Positions 22,478 through 33,325 of a DNA stretch of 64,000 nucleotides are shown here, in pieces. The notes beneath the pieces were generated by a model that saw nothing but the letters and a program-made list of their open reading frames with translations, did no database searches and was not told the DNA's origin. This DNA is from an uncultured delta proteobacterium (GTDB lineage Bacteria > Myxococcota > Myxococcia > Myxococcales > Anaeromyxobacteraceae), in contig CAWJSR010000002.1 of NCBI GenBank assembly GCA_963845515.1, positions 64,001-128,000 on the forward strand, in the 5' to 3' direction. A program made the position numbers and the translations under genes. The number at the start of each line of letters is the position of its first letter. Within the stretch, counting starts at the first letter, position 1.

Positions 22478-23998
22478 ATGCCCTATCGTTCGCTCCGTGA
22501 TTTCCTCGACCGCTGCGAGGCCGCGGGGGAGCTCGTCCGCGTGAAGGACCGCGTCGACCTCTCCCTCGACATGGCCGCGCTCGCCGATCGCGCCGCGAAG
22601 CAGGGCGGGCCGGTCCTCCTCTTCGAGAAGCCCTCCTCCGGCGCGTTCCCGGTGGCGATGAACCTCTTCGGCACGCGGCGCCGGACGAGCTGGGCGCTCT
22701 CGGCCGACGACTTCGAGGCGCACGCGCAGGAGCTCTCCGCGCTCCTCAAGACCGCCCCCCCGAAGACGCTCTGGGACAAGCTGGCGATGCTCCCGAAGCT
22801 GGGGAGGCTCGCCTCCCTCGCGCCGAAGCGCGCCTCCTCCGGCCCGTGCCAGGAGGTGGTGATCCGCGACCCGGACCTCTCGATCCTGCCGGTCCTCACG
22901 ACCTGGCCCCACGACGGCGGCCCCTTCATCACGCTGCCGCAGGTCATCACGAGCGATCCCGACACCGGCATCCGGAACGTCGGGATGTACCGGCTCCAGG
23001 TCCTGGGCCCCCACAAGCTGGCGATGCACTGGCAGATCCACAAGACCGCCACGTCCCACTACCGGCGCTACCAGGCGAAGGGCGAGCGGATGCCCGTCGC
23101 CATCGCGCTCGGCGGCGATCCCGCCCTCACCTACTCGGCGTCGGCTCCGCTCCCGCCCAACGTGGACGAGTACCTCTTCGCCGGCTTCCTGCGGGGCGAG
23201 GCGGTCCGCACGGTGACCGGCGTCGCCACGGGGCTCGAGGTCCCGGCCGACGCCGACATCGTGATCGAGGGCTTCGTCGACACCTCCGCGCCGCTCGTGC
23301 GCGAGGGGCCCTTCGGCGACCACACCGGCTTCTACTCGCTCGCCGACGACTACCCGGCGATGGAGGTCGTCGCGATCACGCACCGGAGGGACGCGGTCTA
23401 CCCGGCGACGGTGGTCGGCCCGCCGCCGGTCGAGGACCAGTGGCTCGGCAAGGCGACCGAGCGGCTCTTCCTGCCGATGCTCCAGCTCGTCTTCCCCGAG
23501 GTGCTCGACATGGCGATGCCGGTCGAGGGGGCGTTCCACAACCTCTGCCTCATCCGGATGCGCAAGGAGTACCCGGGCCACGCGAAGAAGCTGATGCACG
23601 GCCTCTGGGGCTCCGGCCAGATGGCGCAGACCAAGACGCTCGTCGTCTTCGACGCCGACGTGGACGTGCAGGACGTGCCGCAGGCCGCCTGGCGGGCGTT
23701 CGCCAACGTCGACGCGAAGCGCGACGTCGTGATCGTCGACGGACCGGTCGACGCCCTCGACCACGCGAGCCCCCACTTCGCCTTCGGCGCCAAGATCGGC
23801 GTCGACGCGACGCGCAAGTGGGTGGAGGAGGGCGGGCGCGAGTGGCCGGAGGTCTGCGTCCACCCGCCCGACGTGATCGCGCGCATGGACGCGCTGTACC
23901 AGCGGCTCATCCCTGGCGCGCCGGCGCCGCGGCGCCCGGAGATCGCGCCGCCGCCGGCCGCGTCCTGGACGCCGAAGCGTGGAGGCATCCTCCAGTGA
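22478..23998 (+). CDS. ubiD: UbiD-family decarboxylase (menaquinone biosynthesis)
   Basis: RNVGMYR, EGPFGDHTGFY, GPPPVED, GIDAT-like GVDATRK. Confidence 0.92.
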   Translation: MPYRSLRDFLDRCEAAGELVRVKDRVDLSLDMAALADRAAKQGGPVLLFEKPSSGAFPVAMNLFGTRRRTSWALSADDFEAHAQELSALLKTAPPKTLWDKLAMLPKLGRLASLAPKRASSGPCQEVVIRDPDLSILPVLTTWPHDGGPFITLPQVITSDPDTGIRNVGMYRLQVLGPHKLAMHWQIHKTATSHYRRYQAKGERMPVAIALGGDPALTYSASAPLPPNVDEYLFAGFLRGEAVRTVTGVATGLEVPADADIVIEGFVDTSAPLVREGPFGDHTGFYSLADDYPAMEVVAITHRRDAVYPATVVGPPPVEDQWLGKATERLFLPMLQLVFPEVLDMAMPVEGAFHNLCLIRMRKEYPGHAKKLMHGLWGSGQMAQTKTLVVFDADVDVQDVPQAAWRAFANVDAKRDVVIVDGPVDALDHASPHFAFGAKIGVDATRKWVEEGGREWPEVCVHPPDVIARMDALYQRLIPGAPAPRRPEIAPPPAASWTPKRGGILQ

Positions 23999-24711
23999 CC
24001 CCCCCGAAGCAGGCTGTCCCACTCCCTGGCGAGGGAGCGCGCGCGGCGCAGGTGCGCGCGATGTTCGATCGGATCGCCCCGCGCTACGACCTGCTCAACC
24101 GCGTGATGTCGGCGCGGGTGGACCAGCTCTGGCGCCGCCGGCTCCTCTCCGACCTCGCGCCGAAGGACGGCGAGCGGCTGCTGGACCTATGCGCCGGGAC
24201 GATGGACGTCGCCGCGATGGCGCGCAGGCGCGTCCCCGGCCTCGCGATCGTCGGCGCCGACTTCTCCTTCCAGATGCTCTCGCGCGGCGTCGAGAAGACC
24301 GGGCTGCCGGCCAGCCAGGCCGACGCCATGTCGATGCCCTTCAAGCCGGCCTCCTTCGATCTCGCCACGGTCACCTTCGGCATCCGGAACGTCGACCATT
24401 GGGAGAATGCGCTCGTCGAGATCGCGCGGGTGCTGAAGCCGGGCGGCCGGCTCGGGATCCTCGAGTTCTTCCGGGCCGAGTCGGCGGGGCCGCGCTTCGT
24501 CCACGGGCTCTACAACCGCGTCGCGCTCCCGGTGCTCGGCCGGATCCTGTCGCCGGATCCCGAGGCGTACCGCTACCTCGTCCAGTCGATGGAGCGGTTC
24601 GCCTCCCTGCCGGAGTTCGTCGCCGGCGCGCAGCGCGCCGGCCTCCGCGACGTCCACGGCGAGACGCTCTTCCCCGGGGTCTGCGGCCTCGTCACCGCGA
24701 TCAAGGCATGA
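23995..24711 (+). CDS. menG: Demethylmenaquinone methyltransferase (UbiE/MenG)
   Basis: MFDRIAPRYDLLNRVMS, LDLCAGT, FGIRNV, RVLKPGG; GTGA overlap with ubiD. Confidence 0.9.
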   Translation: MTPPKQAVPLPGEGARAAQVRAMFDRIAPRYDLLNRVMSARVDQLWRRRLLSDLAPKDGERLLDLCAGTMDVAAMARRRVPGLAIVGADFSFQMLSRGVEKTGLPASQADAMSMPFKPASFDLATVTFGIRNVDHWENALVEIARVLKPGGRLGILEFFRAESAGPRFVHGLYNRVALPVLGRILSPDPEAYRYLVQSMERFASLPEFVAGAQRAGLRDVHGETLFPGVCGLVTAIKA

Positions 24712-25295
24712 AGCTCGTCGTCGCCGTCAGCGGCGCCTCGGGCGCCCCCTACGCGAAGCGGCTCCTCGACTTCCTCTCCGCGAACGCGGAGGGGCTCGGG
24801 CTGCACGTCGACCTCGTCTTCACCGAGACGGGGCGGCTGGTCTGGGACCACGAGATCGGCGCCCCGCCGTCGTACCCCTGGACGGCGTGGAGCCCCCGCG
24901 ACTTCACCGCGCCCTTCGCGAGCGGCTCGGCCGGCTACGACGCGATGGTCGTCATCCCTTGCTCCGCGGGGGCGCTCGCCCGGATCGCGCACGGCCTCTC
25001 CACCGACCTCGTCGGCCGCGCGGCGGACGTGATGCTCAAGGAGCGGCGCCGGCTCGTGCTGGTGCTGCGCGAGACGCCGCTCTCGCTCGTCCACGCCCGC
25101 GCGATCGTGCAGGTGACCGAGGCCGGCGCGATCGTCCTGCCGGCGGCGCCCTCCTTCTACTCCCGCCCTGCGACGATCGAGGCGCTGGTCGACACCGTCG
25201 TCGCGCGCGCCCTCGACAAGCTCGGGCTCCCGAACGAGCTGATGAAGCGCTGGACCGGCCTGCCGCCTGCGGCGGAGCCCGCGGAGGAACCATAG
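24708..25295 (+). CDS. ubiX: Flavin prenyltransferase UbiX
   Basis: VAVSGASG, ASGS, PCS, RAADVMLKERR, RETP, PSFY. Confidence 0.93.
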   Translation: MKLVVAVSGASGAPYAKRLLDFLSANAEGLGLHVDLVFTETGRLVWDHEIGAPPSYPWTAWSPRDFTAPFASGSAGYDAMVVIPCSAGALARIAHGLSTDLVGRAADVMLKERRRLVLVLRETPLSLVHARAIVQVTEAGAIVLPAAPSFYSRPATIEALVDTVVARALDKLGLPNELMKRWTGLPPAAEPAEEP

Positions 25296-26434
25296 TGGCC
25301 ATCTCGAAGCTCGCCCACCGCGCGCTGGAGCGCGACGGGCTCGGCCCGATCCGCGACAAGGTGCTCGCGGGGACGCGGATCACCGACGACGACGCCCTCG
25401 CGCTCTTCGCGTCGAAGGACCTCGCCGCCCTCGGCGCGCTCGCCAACCACGTGCGCGAGCAGCGCCACGGCGACCTCGCCTTCTACAACCGGAACGTCCA
25501 CCTCAACCCCACCAACGTCTGCGTGGCGATGTGCAAGTTCTGCTCGTTCGCGCGGAAGGAGGGGGAGACGGCGTCGCCGGGCTACACGATGACGGTCGAC
25601 GAGGCGGTCGAGAAGGTCCTGTCCCGCAGGCCGCTCGGCATCACCGAGGTCCACATGGTGGCGGGGCTCAACCCCGCGCTCGAGTGGGACTACTACCCGG
25701 CGCTCCTGCGGCGGATCCACGCCGCGTGGCCGGAGCTGACCATCAAGGCCTTCACCGCCATCGAGATCCACTACTGGGCGGAGAAGTACGGGAAGAGCTA
25801 CGAGGCCCTGCTGCGCGAGCTCCAGGCCGCCGGGCTCGTCACGATGCCCGGGGGCGGCGCCGAGATCTTCGCGCCGCGCGTCCGCCGGAAGATCTGCGAC
25901 GACAAGGCGACCGCCGACCAGTGGATCGAGATCCACCGGACGGCGCACCGGCTCGGGATCAAGACCAACTCGACGATGCTCTACGGCCACATCGAGCGGA
26001 TCGACGAGCGGGTGGACCACATGCGGCGGCTGCGCGAGCTGCAGGACGAGACCGGCGGCTTCCAGGTCTTCATCCCGCTCGCGTTCCACCCCGAGCACAA
26101 CATGATCGGGACGGCCTACCCTAAGCCGACCGGGATCGACACCCTCCGGACGCTCGCGGTGTCGCGGCTCTACCTCGACAACTTCGACCACATCAAGGCG
26201 TACTGGGTCTCCGCCGGCGAGCGGCTGGCCCAGACCGCGCTCGCCTTCGGCGTCGACGACCTGGACGGCACCGTCCTCGACGAGAAGGTCTTCAAGATGG
26301 CTGGCTCGACGGTCCCGTCCGCGCTGAGCGAGGAGCGGTTCCACGCCCTCATCCGCGCCGCCGGCCGCGTCCCGGCCGAGCGCGACAGCCTCTACAACGT
26401 CCTCGTCAGGATCCAGTCGAGGGGCCTCCAGTGA
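25295..26434 (+). CDS. mqnE: Aminofutalosine synthase (radical SAM)
   Basis: NPTNVCVAMCKFCSF, MPGGGAEIF, STMLYGHIE, HIKAYW. Confidence 0.88.
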   Translation: MAISKLAHRALERDGLGPIRDKVLAGTRITDDDALALFASKDLAALGALANHVREQRHGDLAFYNRNVHLNPTNVCVAMCKFCSFARKEGETASPGYTMTVDEAVEKVLSRRPLGITEVHMVAGLNPALEWDYYPALLRRIHAAWPELTIKAFTAIEIHYWAEKYGKSYEALLRELQAAGLVTMPGGGAEIFAPRVRRKICDDKATADQWIEIHRTAHRLGIKTNSTMLYGHIERIDERVDHMRRLRELQDETGGFQVFIPLAFHPEHNMIGTAYPKPTGIDTLRTLAVSRLYLDNFDHIKAYWVSAGERLAQTALAFGVDDLDGTVLDEKVFKMAGSTVPSALSEERFHALIRAAGRVPAERDSLYNVLVRIQSRGLQ

Positions 26435-28357
26435 AGCTCCGCACCGCCGCCGTCTCCTACTTCAACACCTACCCGATCACCGCCGGGCTGCGGGACTCGA
26501 AGCTCGTGGAGCTCGTGAAGGCGATCCCCTCCGGCTGCGCCGCGATGCTCGAGTCTGGCGAGGCGGACCTCGCGCTCGTGCCGATCGGCGCGATCGCCGG
26601 GAAGGACTACGAGATCGTCCCCGGCATCGGGCTCGGCTGCGACGGGCCGGTCGAGACGGTGCTGCTCGTCGGCGAGCGGCCGCCGGAGGAGTGGGACGAG
26701 GTCTACCTGGACACCGCCTCGCGCACCTCCCGCGTCCTCGCCCAGCTCGTGCTCGGCGCGATGGGGCTCCACCCCAGGTTCACCTCGATGGACTCGGCCG
26801 AGAGCGTCCCGAGGGCGGTCGGGACGAAGGGAGCCCACGTCATCGGCGATCGGGCCTTCGACGCGAAGAAGCCATGGATGCTCGACCTCGGGCAGGAGTG
26901 GAGCCGGCTCACCGGCCTCCCCTTCGTCTTCGCGGTCTTCGCGGCCAGGCCAGGCGTGATCACCCCGGAGATCGTCGCCGAGCTGACGCGGGCGGCGCAG
27001 GTGGGCCTCGGCATGCGGACCGAGCTCGCGCAGGAGTTCGCACGGGAGAAGGGGGGCGATCCGGAGCGGTACCGGCGCTACCTCACGCGGCGCATGCGCT
27101 ACGCCGTGGGTCCCTACGAGCAGACCGCGATGGAGACCTTCCTCTCGATGGCGGCCGAGCAGGGGCTCCTCCCGCCGACGACGCTCAGGTTCGCCGACGA
27201 CCGCGTCGTCACGCGCCGCGCCAGCCGCCCCGTCTCCGTCGACGCCGCCCTGCAGAAGGGGGCGGACGGCGGGCGGCTCGACGCCGACGAGCTCGAGCGG
27301 CTCGACGCAGGCGGCGCCGCTCCTGGAGCTCGGCCTCGCCGCCGACGCGCGCCGGCGCGCGCTCCACCCGGACGGCGTCGTCACCTACATCGTCTCGCGC
27401 AACGTCAACTACACCAACGTCTGCACGACGGCGTGCCACTTCTGCGCCTTCTACCGGCCGCGCGGCCACGCGGAGGCCTACGTCCTCACCCGCGAGCAGC
27501 TCGCCGGCAAGATCGACGACACGGTGAAGGCGGGCGGGATCGAGCTGCTGCTGCAGGGCGGCCTCGACCCCGACCTCTCCATCGAGTGGTACGAGGAGCT
27601 CTTCCGATGGGTGAAGCAGGGCTGGCCGGAGATCGCCCTCCACGCCCTGTCGCCGGAGGAGATCTGGTTCATCGCCCGGGAGAGCGGCCTCTCGCTCGAC
27701 GCGACGATCGGCCGGCTCATCGCCGCGGGGCTCGACTCGATCCCGGGCGGCGGCGCCGAGGTGCTCGACGACGAGGTCCGGCGGCGGATCGCGCCCCTCA
27801 AGTGCTCGACCGACGAGTGGCTGGCCGTCATGCGCGCCGCGCACCGCCGCGGGCTCAGGAGCACCGCGACGCTGATGTTCGGCGTCGGCGAGGAGCCGCG
27901 CCATCGCGCCAACCACTTCCTCCGGCTGCGTGACCTGCAGGACGAGACCGGCGGCTTCACGGCCTTCATCTGCTGGCCCTTCCAGTCGCAGAACACGCGG
28001 CTCACCGCGTCGGACACGAGCGCGGTCGCGTACCTCCGGACGACTGCCCTCGCCCGGTTGGCGCTCGACAACGTCCCCAACTTCCAGGCGTCCTGGGTCA
28101 CGATGGGCGGCGGCGTCGCGCAGGCGTCGCTACACATGGGGAACAACGACTTCGGCTCGGTGATGATGGAGGAGAACGTCGTCTCCGCGGCCGGGACGAC
28201 CTTCGAGATGGACGCGGCCGAGGTCGAGCGGCACGTCCGCGAGGCAGGGTTCACGCCGATGCGGAGGAACATGCGGTACGACCGGCTCCCGTCGAAGACC
28301 TCTTCCCTCTCCCCCACCGGGGGAGAGGGTCAGGGTGAGGGGGCGGCCTCCCCGTGA
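26431..28357 (+). CDS. mqnC: Fused chorismate dehydratase MqnA + cyclic dehypoxanthine futalosine synthase MqnC (frameshift near 27310)
   Basis: N-part SYFNTYP, IGDRA, DLGQEW..LTGLPFVFA; after the shift RNVNYTNVCTTACHFCAF, PGGGAEVL, FTAFICW, DFGSVMMEENVV; no stop/start between the domains. Confidence 0.8.
28305..28343. repeat. REP-like palindromic element inside the mqnC 3' end
   Basis: CCCTCTCCCCC-ACC-GGGGGAGAGGG-TCAGGGTGAGGGGG. Confidence 0.75.
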
Positions 28358-29598
28358 CCGTTCGACTCGTCAGCGCGCCGTGGCTGCTGCTCGGGAGGCC
28401 GCGGAGGCCGTCGAGGCCGGGCTCCTCCCCCAACGGCGTGGGCCAGGGTGAGGGGGCGATCAAGGACGGCGCCGTCGCGCTCGAAGGCGACACCGTCGTC
28501 GCGACGGGCACCCGCGCCGAGCTCGAGGCGCGCTTCGGCCCCTCCGAGCGGCTCGACGCGATCCTGCTGCCGGCGCTCGTCAACGCCCACCTGCACCTGG
28601 AGCTCTCGCACCTGGCCGGGAAGGTCCCGGGGGGCGACGGGCTGCCGGCGTGGATCGGCCGCTTCGTGCGGGCCCGCGCCGAGACGCCGGAGGCCGGGAG
28701 CGGCCCCGCGATGGAGACGGCCGCCGACCAGCTGCTCCGCTTCGGCGTCGCGGCCGTCGGCGACGTGACCAACACGCTCGCCTCGCTCGGCCCCCTCGCC
28801 CGGCGCGGGATCTCCGGCTCGCTCTACCACGAGGTCTTCGGCGCGACCCAGGGCCGGATCGACGAGGCGCTCGCCGGCGCACGCGCAGCGCGTGAGGCGG
28901 CGGGCCCCCCGCCCGCGGGGCTCCGCGTCGTCACGAGCCCGCACGCCGTCTACTCGACCCACCACGCGACGCTGGCGCGCCTCCTCGCCGACGGCCCCTC
29001 CTCGGTGCACCTCGCCGAGGATCCCGCGGAGCGCGCCCTCCTGGCGCGTGGCGACGGCCCCTTCGCCCCGGTCCTCGCCGCGCTCGGGGGCTCCCCCGGC
29101 GACCTCACCCGCGCCCGGTCCGCGGTGGCGCTCGCCGCGCCGTCGCTCCACCCCGGCAACGTCGCCGTCCACTGCGTCGACCTCGACCGTGAGGACATCG
29201 CGCTCCTCGCGCGCTCCGGCGCGGCCGTCGCGCTCTGCCCCCGCTCCAACGAGTACATCGGCGGCAGGATCCCGAACCTGCCGTCGCTCCTCGCCGCCGG
29301 CATCCCGCTCGCCATCGGCTCCGACTCGCTCGCGTCCTCTCCGTCGCTCTCCCCGCTCGCCGAGGTGGCGAGGCTGCGGCGCGCGTTCCCCGAGGTCCCT
29401 GCCGATCGGCTCGTCGCGCTGCTCTGGAACGGCCCGGCGGTCGGCGCGCCGTGGGTCGGCCGGCTCGCCTCGGGCTTCGCCCCCGGCGTGGTCGCTGCGC
29501 CGCTCGACGGGGCCTCCGTCGACGATCCGTTCGAGTTCCTCGCGGGGGCGTTCGGGGAGCGGGAGCTGAAGTGGATCTCCAGGGCCAGCCCCGTATGA
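28354..29598 (+). CDS. Amidohydrolase, probable aminofutalosine deaminase
   Basis: NAHLHLELS, PHAVYS, HLAE, HCV, CPRSN, GSDS; inside the mqn cluster. Confidence 0.75.
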   Translation: MTVRLVSAPWLLLGRPRRPSRPGSSPNGVGQGEGAIKDGAVALEGDTVVATGTRAELEARFGPSERLDAILLPALVNAHLHLELSHLAGKVPGGDGLPAWIGRFVRARAETPEAGSGPAMETAADQLLRFGVAAVGDVTNTLASLGPLARRGISGSLYHEVFGATQGRIDEALAGARAAREAAGPPPAGLRVVTSPHAVYSTHHATLARLLADGPSSVHLAEDPAERALLARGDGPFAPVLAALGGSPGDLTRARSAVALAAPSLHPGNVAVHCVDLDREDIALLARSGAAVALCPRSNEYIGGRIPNLPSLLAAGIPLAIGSDSLASSPSLSPLAEVARLRRAFPEVPADRLVALLWNGPAVGAPWVGRLASGFAPGVVAAPLDGASVDDPFEFLAGAFGERELKWISRASPV

Positions 29599-30459
29599 AC
29601 CTCCGCGCCCTCGCCAGCATGGTGAAGCTGTCCCACTCGCTCTTCGCGCTGCCGTTCGTCGCCGCGGCGGTGGTGCTCGTGGCGCGCGACGCCTCGCTCG
29701 ACCTCCGCCGGCTCGCGCTGGTGGCGATCGCGGTCGTCGCGGCGCGGACGGCCGCGATGACGATGAACCGGATCGCCGACCGGAAGTTCGACGAGAAGAA
29801 CCCGCGGACGATCGAAGCGCGAGCTGGTGACCGGGGCGGTGTCGCCGGCCGCGGCGTGGGGGCTCCTCGCCGGCGCCTGCGCGGTCTTCATCCTCTCGGC
29901 GGCGCTCCTCCTGCCCCTCGCCGGCTGGCTCTCGCCGCTCGTCCTCGCGGTCCTCCTCGGCTACAGCTTCGCGAAGCGCTTCACGTGGGCGTGCCACCTC
30001 TGGCTCGGCGTCGCGCAGGCGCTCGCGCCGATCGGCGTGGCGATCGCGCTGACCGGCGGCGCGCCGCTCGCCTCCGTCGTCCTCGGGCTCGGCGTCGGCG
30101 CCTGGATCGCCGGCTTCGACCTGTTCTGGGCGCTGCAGGACGTCGACTTCGACCGGAGCGCCGGGCTCCACTCCATCCCGGTCCGCTTCGGCGTGAAGGG
30201 GGCGCTCCCTGGGCGCGGGCGCTCCACGCGGTGGCCGCGGCGGGCTCGTCGCCGCGGCCGGTCCCTCGCGGGGCGCTCGTGGGGCTGGCTGGCCCGGCGC
30301 CGCCATCCTCGCCGGCGTGCTCGTCGCCGAGCACCGCCACGTGGCGCCCGGCGGCGAGCTGAAGGCCGGAGCGGCTCAACGTCGCCTTCTTCGACTACAA
30401 CGCCTTCGCGTCGATCGCCTTCGCGCTCTGCGCGCTCGCCGATCTCGCCCTGGCGCTGA
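29595..30459 (+). CDS. UbiA-family prenyltransferase (MqnP-like), frameshifted; end approximate
   Basis: HSLFALPF, MNRIADRKFDEKNPRT, YSFAKRFT, GFDLFWALQD, NVAFF in changing frames. Confidence 0.8.
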
Positions 30460-30540
30460 GGCGCGTCCAGCGGCCCGCCGGCGGCGCGGCGTGCCGGACG
30501 GACGCTGGGTTCGCGTCCGTCCCCGCGCTACGTTCTCCGG

Positions 30541-31368
30541 ATGCGCCGCATCGCCTCGCTCCTGGCAGTCGCCGTCATCGCCGCTCCCGTCGCCGCCCGC
30601 GCCTGGTCCGACCCGGGCCACAGGATCGCCGCCGCCATCGCCGAGGGGCGGCTCTCACCGGCGGCGCGCCGGCTCGTCCGGGAGATCGTCGGCTCGAAGC
30701 CGCTCTCGGATCACGAGATCGCGACGTGGGCCGACGACGTGCGCGACCGGCGCACCGGCCCCTGGCACTACGTGAACGTCCCGTTCTCCGCCGAGGGTTA
30801 CGTCGCGGCGCGCGACTGCCCGCGGGCGGGCTGCGCAGTCTCCGCGCTGGAGGAGGCCGCCCGCGTCCTCCGGGACGGCGACAGCGCCGCTGAGCTGGCC
30901 GACTCGCTCCGCTGGATCGTCCACCTCGTCGCCGACCTCCACCAGCCCATGCACGCGGGTGAGCTGCGGGACCGCGGCGGAAACGACACGGACGTCCGGA
31001 TCGGGAGGCGGCGCCAGCCGCTCAGCGTCCACAGGCTCTGGGACGCGGAGGTGGTCCAGCCGCTCCTCGTCGGGCGCGACCCGCTCAGGGCCGCGGAGGC
31101 GCTCGGCAGGTCGCTGCTGCCCGCGGAGGCCGAGGCGTGGAGCGCCGACCTCTCGCCGGTGACGTGGGCCGACGAGTCACACCGGCTCGCGCGCGCCATC
31201 TACGGCGAGCTCGGGACCTTCCCCGTGGCCGGCGACACGATCCTGCTGCCGCGCGACTACGCGGAGTCACAGCGGCAGCGGACCGGGGCGGCGCTCTCGA
31301 AGGCCGGCGTGCGGCTGGCCGCCCTGCTCGACCGGATCGCGGCGGAGCGCGAGGCGCGGCGGAGGTGA
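30541..31368 (+). CDS. Secreted S1/P1 nuclease
   Basis: Signal peptide then WSDPGH, WADD, WHYVN, HLVADLHQPMH, GGN, HRLWD. Confidence 0.92.
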   Translation: MRRIASLLAVAVIAAPVAARAWSDPGHRIAAAIAEGRLSPAARRLVREIVGSKPLSDHEIATWADDVRDRRTGPWHYVNVPFSAEGYVAARDCPRAGCAVSALEEAARVLRDGDSAAELADSLRWIVHLVADLHQPMHAGELRDRGGNDTDVRIGRRRQPLSVHRLWDAEVVQPLLVGRDPLRAAEALGRSLLPAEAEAWSADLSPVTWADESHRLARAIYGELGTFPVAGDTILLPRDYAESQRQRTGAALSKAGVRLAALLDRIAAEREARRR

Positions 31369-31389
31369 GGCTCCGGCCCGGCCTGACCT

Positions 31390-32544
31390 TCAGGCCACCG
31401 GCTGATCCACCTCCTCGTCGCCGCCCTCGCACCCCTCCGACGTCAGGCTCTCCACCCTGTCGGGCTTCACGCGCGCCCCGAGCCGCTGGATGTCCGCCGC
31501 CCGCTTCATGACGTTGCCGCGACCGGTCGCGAGCTTGCTCCGCGCGTCCTGGAAGGCCCCCTTCGCCTGATCCAGGCGGGCGCCGACCTGGTCGAGGTCG
31601 TCGACGAAGGCGCCCAGCTTCTCCAGGAGCTTGCCGGCCTCCGCGGCGATCCGCTGCGCGTTGACGTTCTGCTTCTCGGACCGCCAGACGTGGGCGATCA
31701 GCCGGAGCGCGGCGAGCAGCGTGGTCGGGCTGCAGAGGACGACCCCCTGCCGGAAGGCCTCCTCGTAGAGCCCCGCCTCCCGCGCGATGGCCGCGTGGAA
31801 GGCGGCCTCGTTCGGCACGAAGAGCAGGACGATGTCGAGCGTCCGCTGGCGGAGGAGGTCCTGGTAGTCCTTGGCGGCCAGCTCCTTCACGTGCCTCCGC
31901 ACGGAGCCCAGGTGCCGGTCCAGCGCCGCCTCCCGCTCGTCCCCCTCCGGAGCGCGCATCGCCTCGACGAAGGCCGTGAGGGAGCACTTGGCGTCGACGA
32001 TCACGGCGCGATTCGCGGGCAGGTAGACGACGGCGTCCGGCCGCTTGCGGCAGCCGTCCTCGTCGGTGCGGGAGAGCTGGAGGTCGAACTCGCGCCCCTC
32101 GGTAAGCCCCGCGGTCTCGAGGACGCGCTCGAGGATGAGCTCCCCCCAGTCTCCCTGCGCCTTCGAGTCTCCGGTGAGGGCGCGCGCGAGGTTCCCGGCG
32201 TCCTCGTGGAGGCGCGCCTGCGTCTCCTGGAGGAGCCTGAGCTGCTCCCGGAGCGCGGCGCGATCGCTCCGGTCGTCGCCGTAGACCTTCTCCACCTTCG
32301 CCTCGAACGCCTTGAGCTTCTCGGCGACCGGATCCAGGAGGAAGCGCAGCCGCTCGTGGCTCCGGTCGAGCATGGCCTTCCCCCTCTCGTCGAGGAGCCG
32401 GCCTGCGAGCAGCTCCACCTCGGCCCGGAGCCGGCCCTCGGCGCGCTCCCCCGACAGCTCGTCGCGGCGGCGCACCGCCAGCCCCACCCAGAGCCCGAGC
32501 CCGAAGAAGACCACCGCCGCCGCGATCAGCCACCCGCCGTCCAT
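31390..32544 (-). CDS. rmuC: DNA recombination protein RmuC
   Basis: KAQGDWGELILERVLE, RPDAVVYLP, DAK, SPTTLLAALR, GRGN. Confidence 0.93.
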   Translation of the reverse strand: MDGGWLIAAAVVFFGLGLWVGLAVRRRDELSGERAEGRLRAEVELLAGRLLDERGKAMLDRSHERLRFLLDPVAEKLKAFEAKVEKVYGDDRSDRAALREQLRLLQETQARLHEDAGNLARALTGDSKAQGDWGELILERVLETAGLTEGREFDLQLSRTDEDGCRKRPDAVVYLPANRAVIVDAKCSLTAFVEAMRAPEGDEREAALDRHLGSVRRHVKELAAKDYQDLLRQRTLDIVLLFVPNEAAFHAAIAREAGLYEEAFRQGVVLCSPTTLLAALRLIAHVWRSEKQNVNAQRIAAEAGKLLEKLGAFVDDLDQVGARLDQAKGAFQDARSKLATGRGNVMKRAADIQRLGARVKPDRVESLTSEGCEGGDEEVDQPVA

Positions 32545-32581
32545 GCTCGCCTCGCGGAGGGGCGCGGGGCCTCCCGGCGCC

Positions 32582-33325
32582 CTACTCCGGCGAGGCGAAG
32601 GTACCGCGCAGCTCCGTCAGCGTCGGCGCGCCGCGGCCCGAGAGCCAGGCGTCCGCCCTCGCCACCGCCTCCGCGTCGAGCTCGTGCAGCTCGCGCAGCA
32701 GCTCGCGCGTCCGCATCCGCAGGCCGCGCAGGACCTCCAGCGCAGGGGACTGCGGATCGGTCACGAGCCGGTCCAGCCGCGCGGCGATGACGGCAGCGTC
32801 GTGCCCCTCGACGTGGGCAGAGGCCGACGCCTGGGTGCCACGCCACTCCCAGACGCTGACCAGGAACCTGCGGAGCCGGTCGTACTCCGCACGCTTCTCC
32901 GGGTGCTGGAAGCCGGCGACCGAGAGCGCCGCCTCGACCCGCTCGGTGTGGTCGAGGTCGCTCAGGAGGAAGAGCCGCACGCCCCCAGACTCGTCCGGCG
33001 CGGCTCCGACCCAGACCTGCCTGAAGGCGTCGGAGGGGCCGAAGCGGAACGAAGCCGGCTGCTTGTCGTTGATGATCGCGTCGTGCACCTCGGCGACTCC
33101 CGCGTCGTCTATCCGGCCCTCGGAGCTGGCGGCGATCGCGTGGAGCGCGTCGGGGACGTCGGCGATGTCGATCCGGTTGCGCCAGCCGTGCAGCGGCACG
33201 TTCGCGTCGAGCCAGCCATGCGTACGGTGGGGCCAGCGCGCGTGGGGCGTGGAGCCCTCGCCTCCGCCGGGGAGGAGAGTCTTGAGCCGATCGAGGATGC
33301 CTTTGGGCGGTGGAGTGTCGACCAT
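32582..33325 (-). CDS. Hypothetical protein
   Basis: Protein-like ORF filling the rmuC-prfA gap; no motif recognised. Confidence 0.55.
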   Translation of the reverse strand: MVDTPPPKGILDRLKTLLPGGGEGSTPHARWPHRTHGWLDANVPLHGWRNRIDIADVPDALHAIAASSEGRIDDAGVAEVHDAIINDKQPASFRFGPSDAFRQVWVGAAPDESGGVRLFLLSDLDHTERVEAALSVAGFQHPEKRAEYDRLRRFLVSVWEWRGTQASASAHVEGHDAAVIAARLDRLVTDPQSPALEVLRGLRMRTRELLRELHELDAEAVARADAWLSGRGAPTLTELRGTFASPE

